Below are positions 59,209 to 59,554 of a DNA stretch of 59,554 nt, in pieces. The notes beneath the pieces are model-generated. The model had not been told where the DNA came from and did no database searches. It saw nothing but the letters and a program-made list of their open reading frames with translations. The stretch comes from a virus: the IMG/VR virus record IMGVR_UViG_3300045988_097246; one strand, written 5' to 3'. The translations under genes and the position numbers were made by a program. The first letter of the stretch is position 1. Each line of letters opens with the position of its first letter.

Positions 59209-59227
59209 TTGGTAGCTGTTTTTATTT

Positions 59228-59301
59228 TATAAAAATTCGCAATGCCGTGAGCGTATAAATCGGCAATGTCACCCGGTGTCGTTGCACCGTATAAAAATTC
59301 G
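59228..59301 (+). repeat. Three imperfect direct repeats (TATAAA(AA)TTCG...) in the portal-scaffold spacer
   Basis: TATAAAAATTCG occurs at 59228 and 59290, and TATAAATCGG at 59254. CGCAATGCC and CGGCAATGTC follow the first two copies. Confidence 0.5.
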
Positions 59302-59323
59302 TAGGACATAACGGAGGTAATTT

Positions 59324-59554
59324 ATGAAGAGAGAAGAACTGACAGCTATGGGTTTGACTGATGAACAGATTGAAAAAATCATTGCTGAGAATAGTAAGGA
59401 TGTTCAGGCAGCAAACGCAAAAGCAAACAAAAACAGTGAAGAACTGACAAGACTGCGTGAGTTGGAAAAGGAATACACAGCCATGAAAGATAAGGATTTA
59501 TCCGATTCGGAAAAACTGCAAAAAGACCTTGATTCTGCAAATGCAAAAATCGCA
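59324..59554 (+). CDS. Capsid scaffolding protein, N-terminal part (continues at nt 100 after the junction)
   Basis: GGAGGT RBS. In frame with 1..423 through the 99-nt duplicated segment. Confidence 0.7.
   Translation, partial: MKREELTAMGLTDEQIEKIIAENSKDVQAANAKANKNSEELTRLRELEKEYTAMKDKDLSDSEKLQKDLDSANAKIA
59456..59554. repeat. Terminal direct repeat, copy 2
   Basis: Identical to nt 1-99. Confidence 0.95.

Noticed and set aside
1-59554. Search for reverse transcriptase/DGR, retron, transposase/IS, rRNA and toxin-type large enzymes
   Set aside because: No ORF shows RT (YxDD), DDE transposase or other such signatures. No template/variable repeat pair was seen near the fibre genes. Nothing in the window supports these features.

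Overview
The window is a complete, circularly closed genome of a temperate siphovirus-type phage. Nt 1-99 are identical to nt 59456-59554, leaving about 59.46 kb of unique sequence. The host looks like a low-GC Gram-positive (Firmicutes/Clostridia-like) bacterium: the DNA is visibly AT-rich, RBSs are AGGAGG-type, and nearly all genes are on the + strand.

Gene order:
- Head genes: scaffold, decoration and major capsid (59324 -> wrap -> 1873).
- Tail genes: connector, neck, tail tube, chaperones, tape measure, tail tip and fibres (1.9-19.4 kb). Lysis genes are scattered inside this block (holin 2999-3202, amidase endolysin 6208-6900). A two-gene moron bounded by its own promoter and terminator sits at 12.5-13.9 kb.
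- Lysogeny control: CI/Cro-type switch plus antirepressor (20.0-21.6 kb).
- Early region: a PD-(D/E)XK exonuclease, a RusA-like resolvase and a long run of small genes, many of them zinc-ribbon proteins. It contains two diverged paralogous modules (27.7-30.0 and 35.7-37.9 kb).
- A radical-SAM and C5-methyltransferase-like gene pair (31.5-33.1 kb).
- Replisome organiser and G39P-like loader (33.5-34.9 kb).
- A sigma-R4-like regulator and a large serine integrase (39.7-41.1 kb), with candidate attP and repeats.
- A five-gene Q/N/Y/Cys-rich cluster of unknown function (41.3-44.3 kb).
- A second Rha protein with an HExxH protein.
- A minus-strand four-gene operon under an XRE switch (46.0-48.0 kb).
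- HNH endonuclease, an AT-rich repeat region and the small terminase (48.1-49.6 kb).
- A 5.6-kb insert. It holds a 1.25-kb ORF-free island with four tRNAs (Gln, Asn, Tyr, Ser), tRNA-like fragments and hairpin-rich sequence, followed by more small genes.
- Large terminase (55.2-57.0 kb), sigma-like and Com-like genes, and the portal (57.7-59.2 kb).

I saw no rRNA, CRISPR array, transposase or reverse transcriptase.

Best candidates for something undescribed:
- the compositionally extreme five-gene cluster beside the integrase;
- the tRNA / structured-RNA island;
- the radical-SAM and methyltransferase-like module;
- the inverted repeats bracketing the integrase;
- the XRE-controlled minus-strand operon.

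All functional calls rest on motif recognition by eye, gene order and RBS context. No database search was run.
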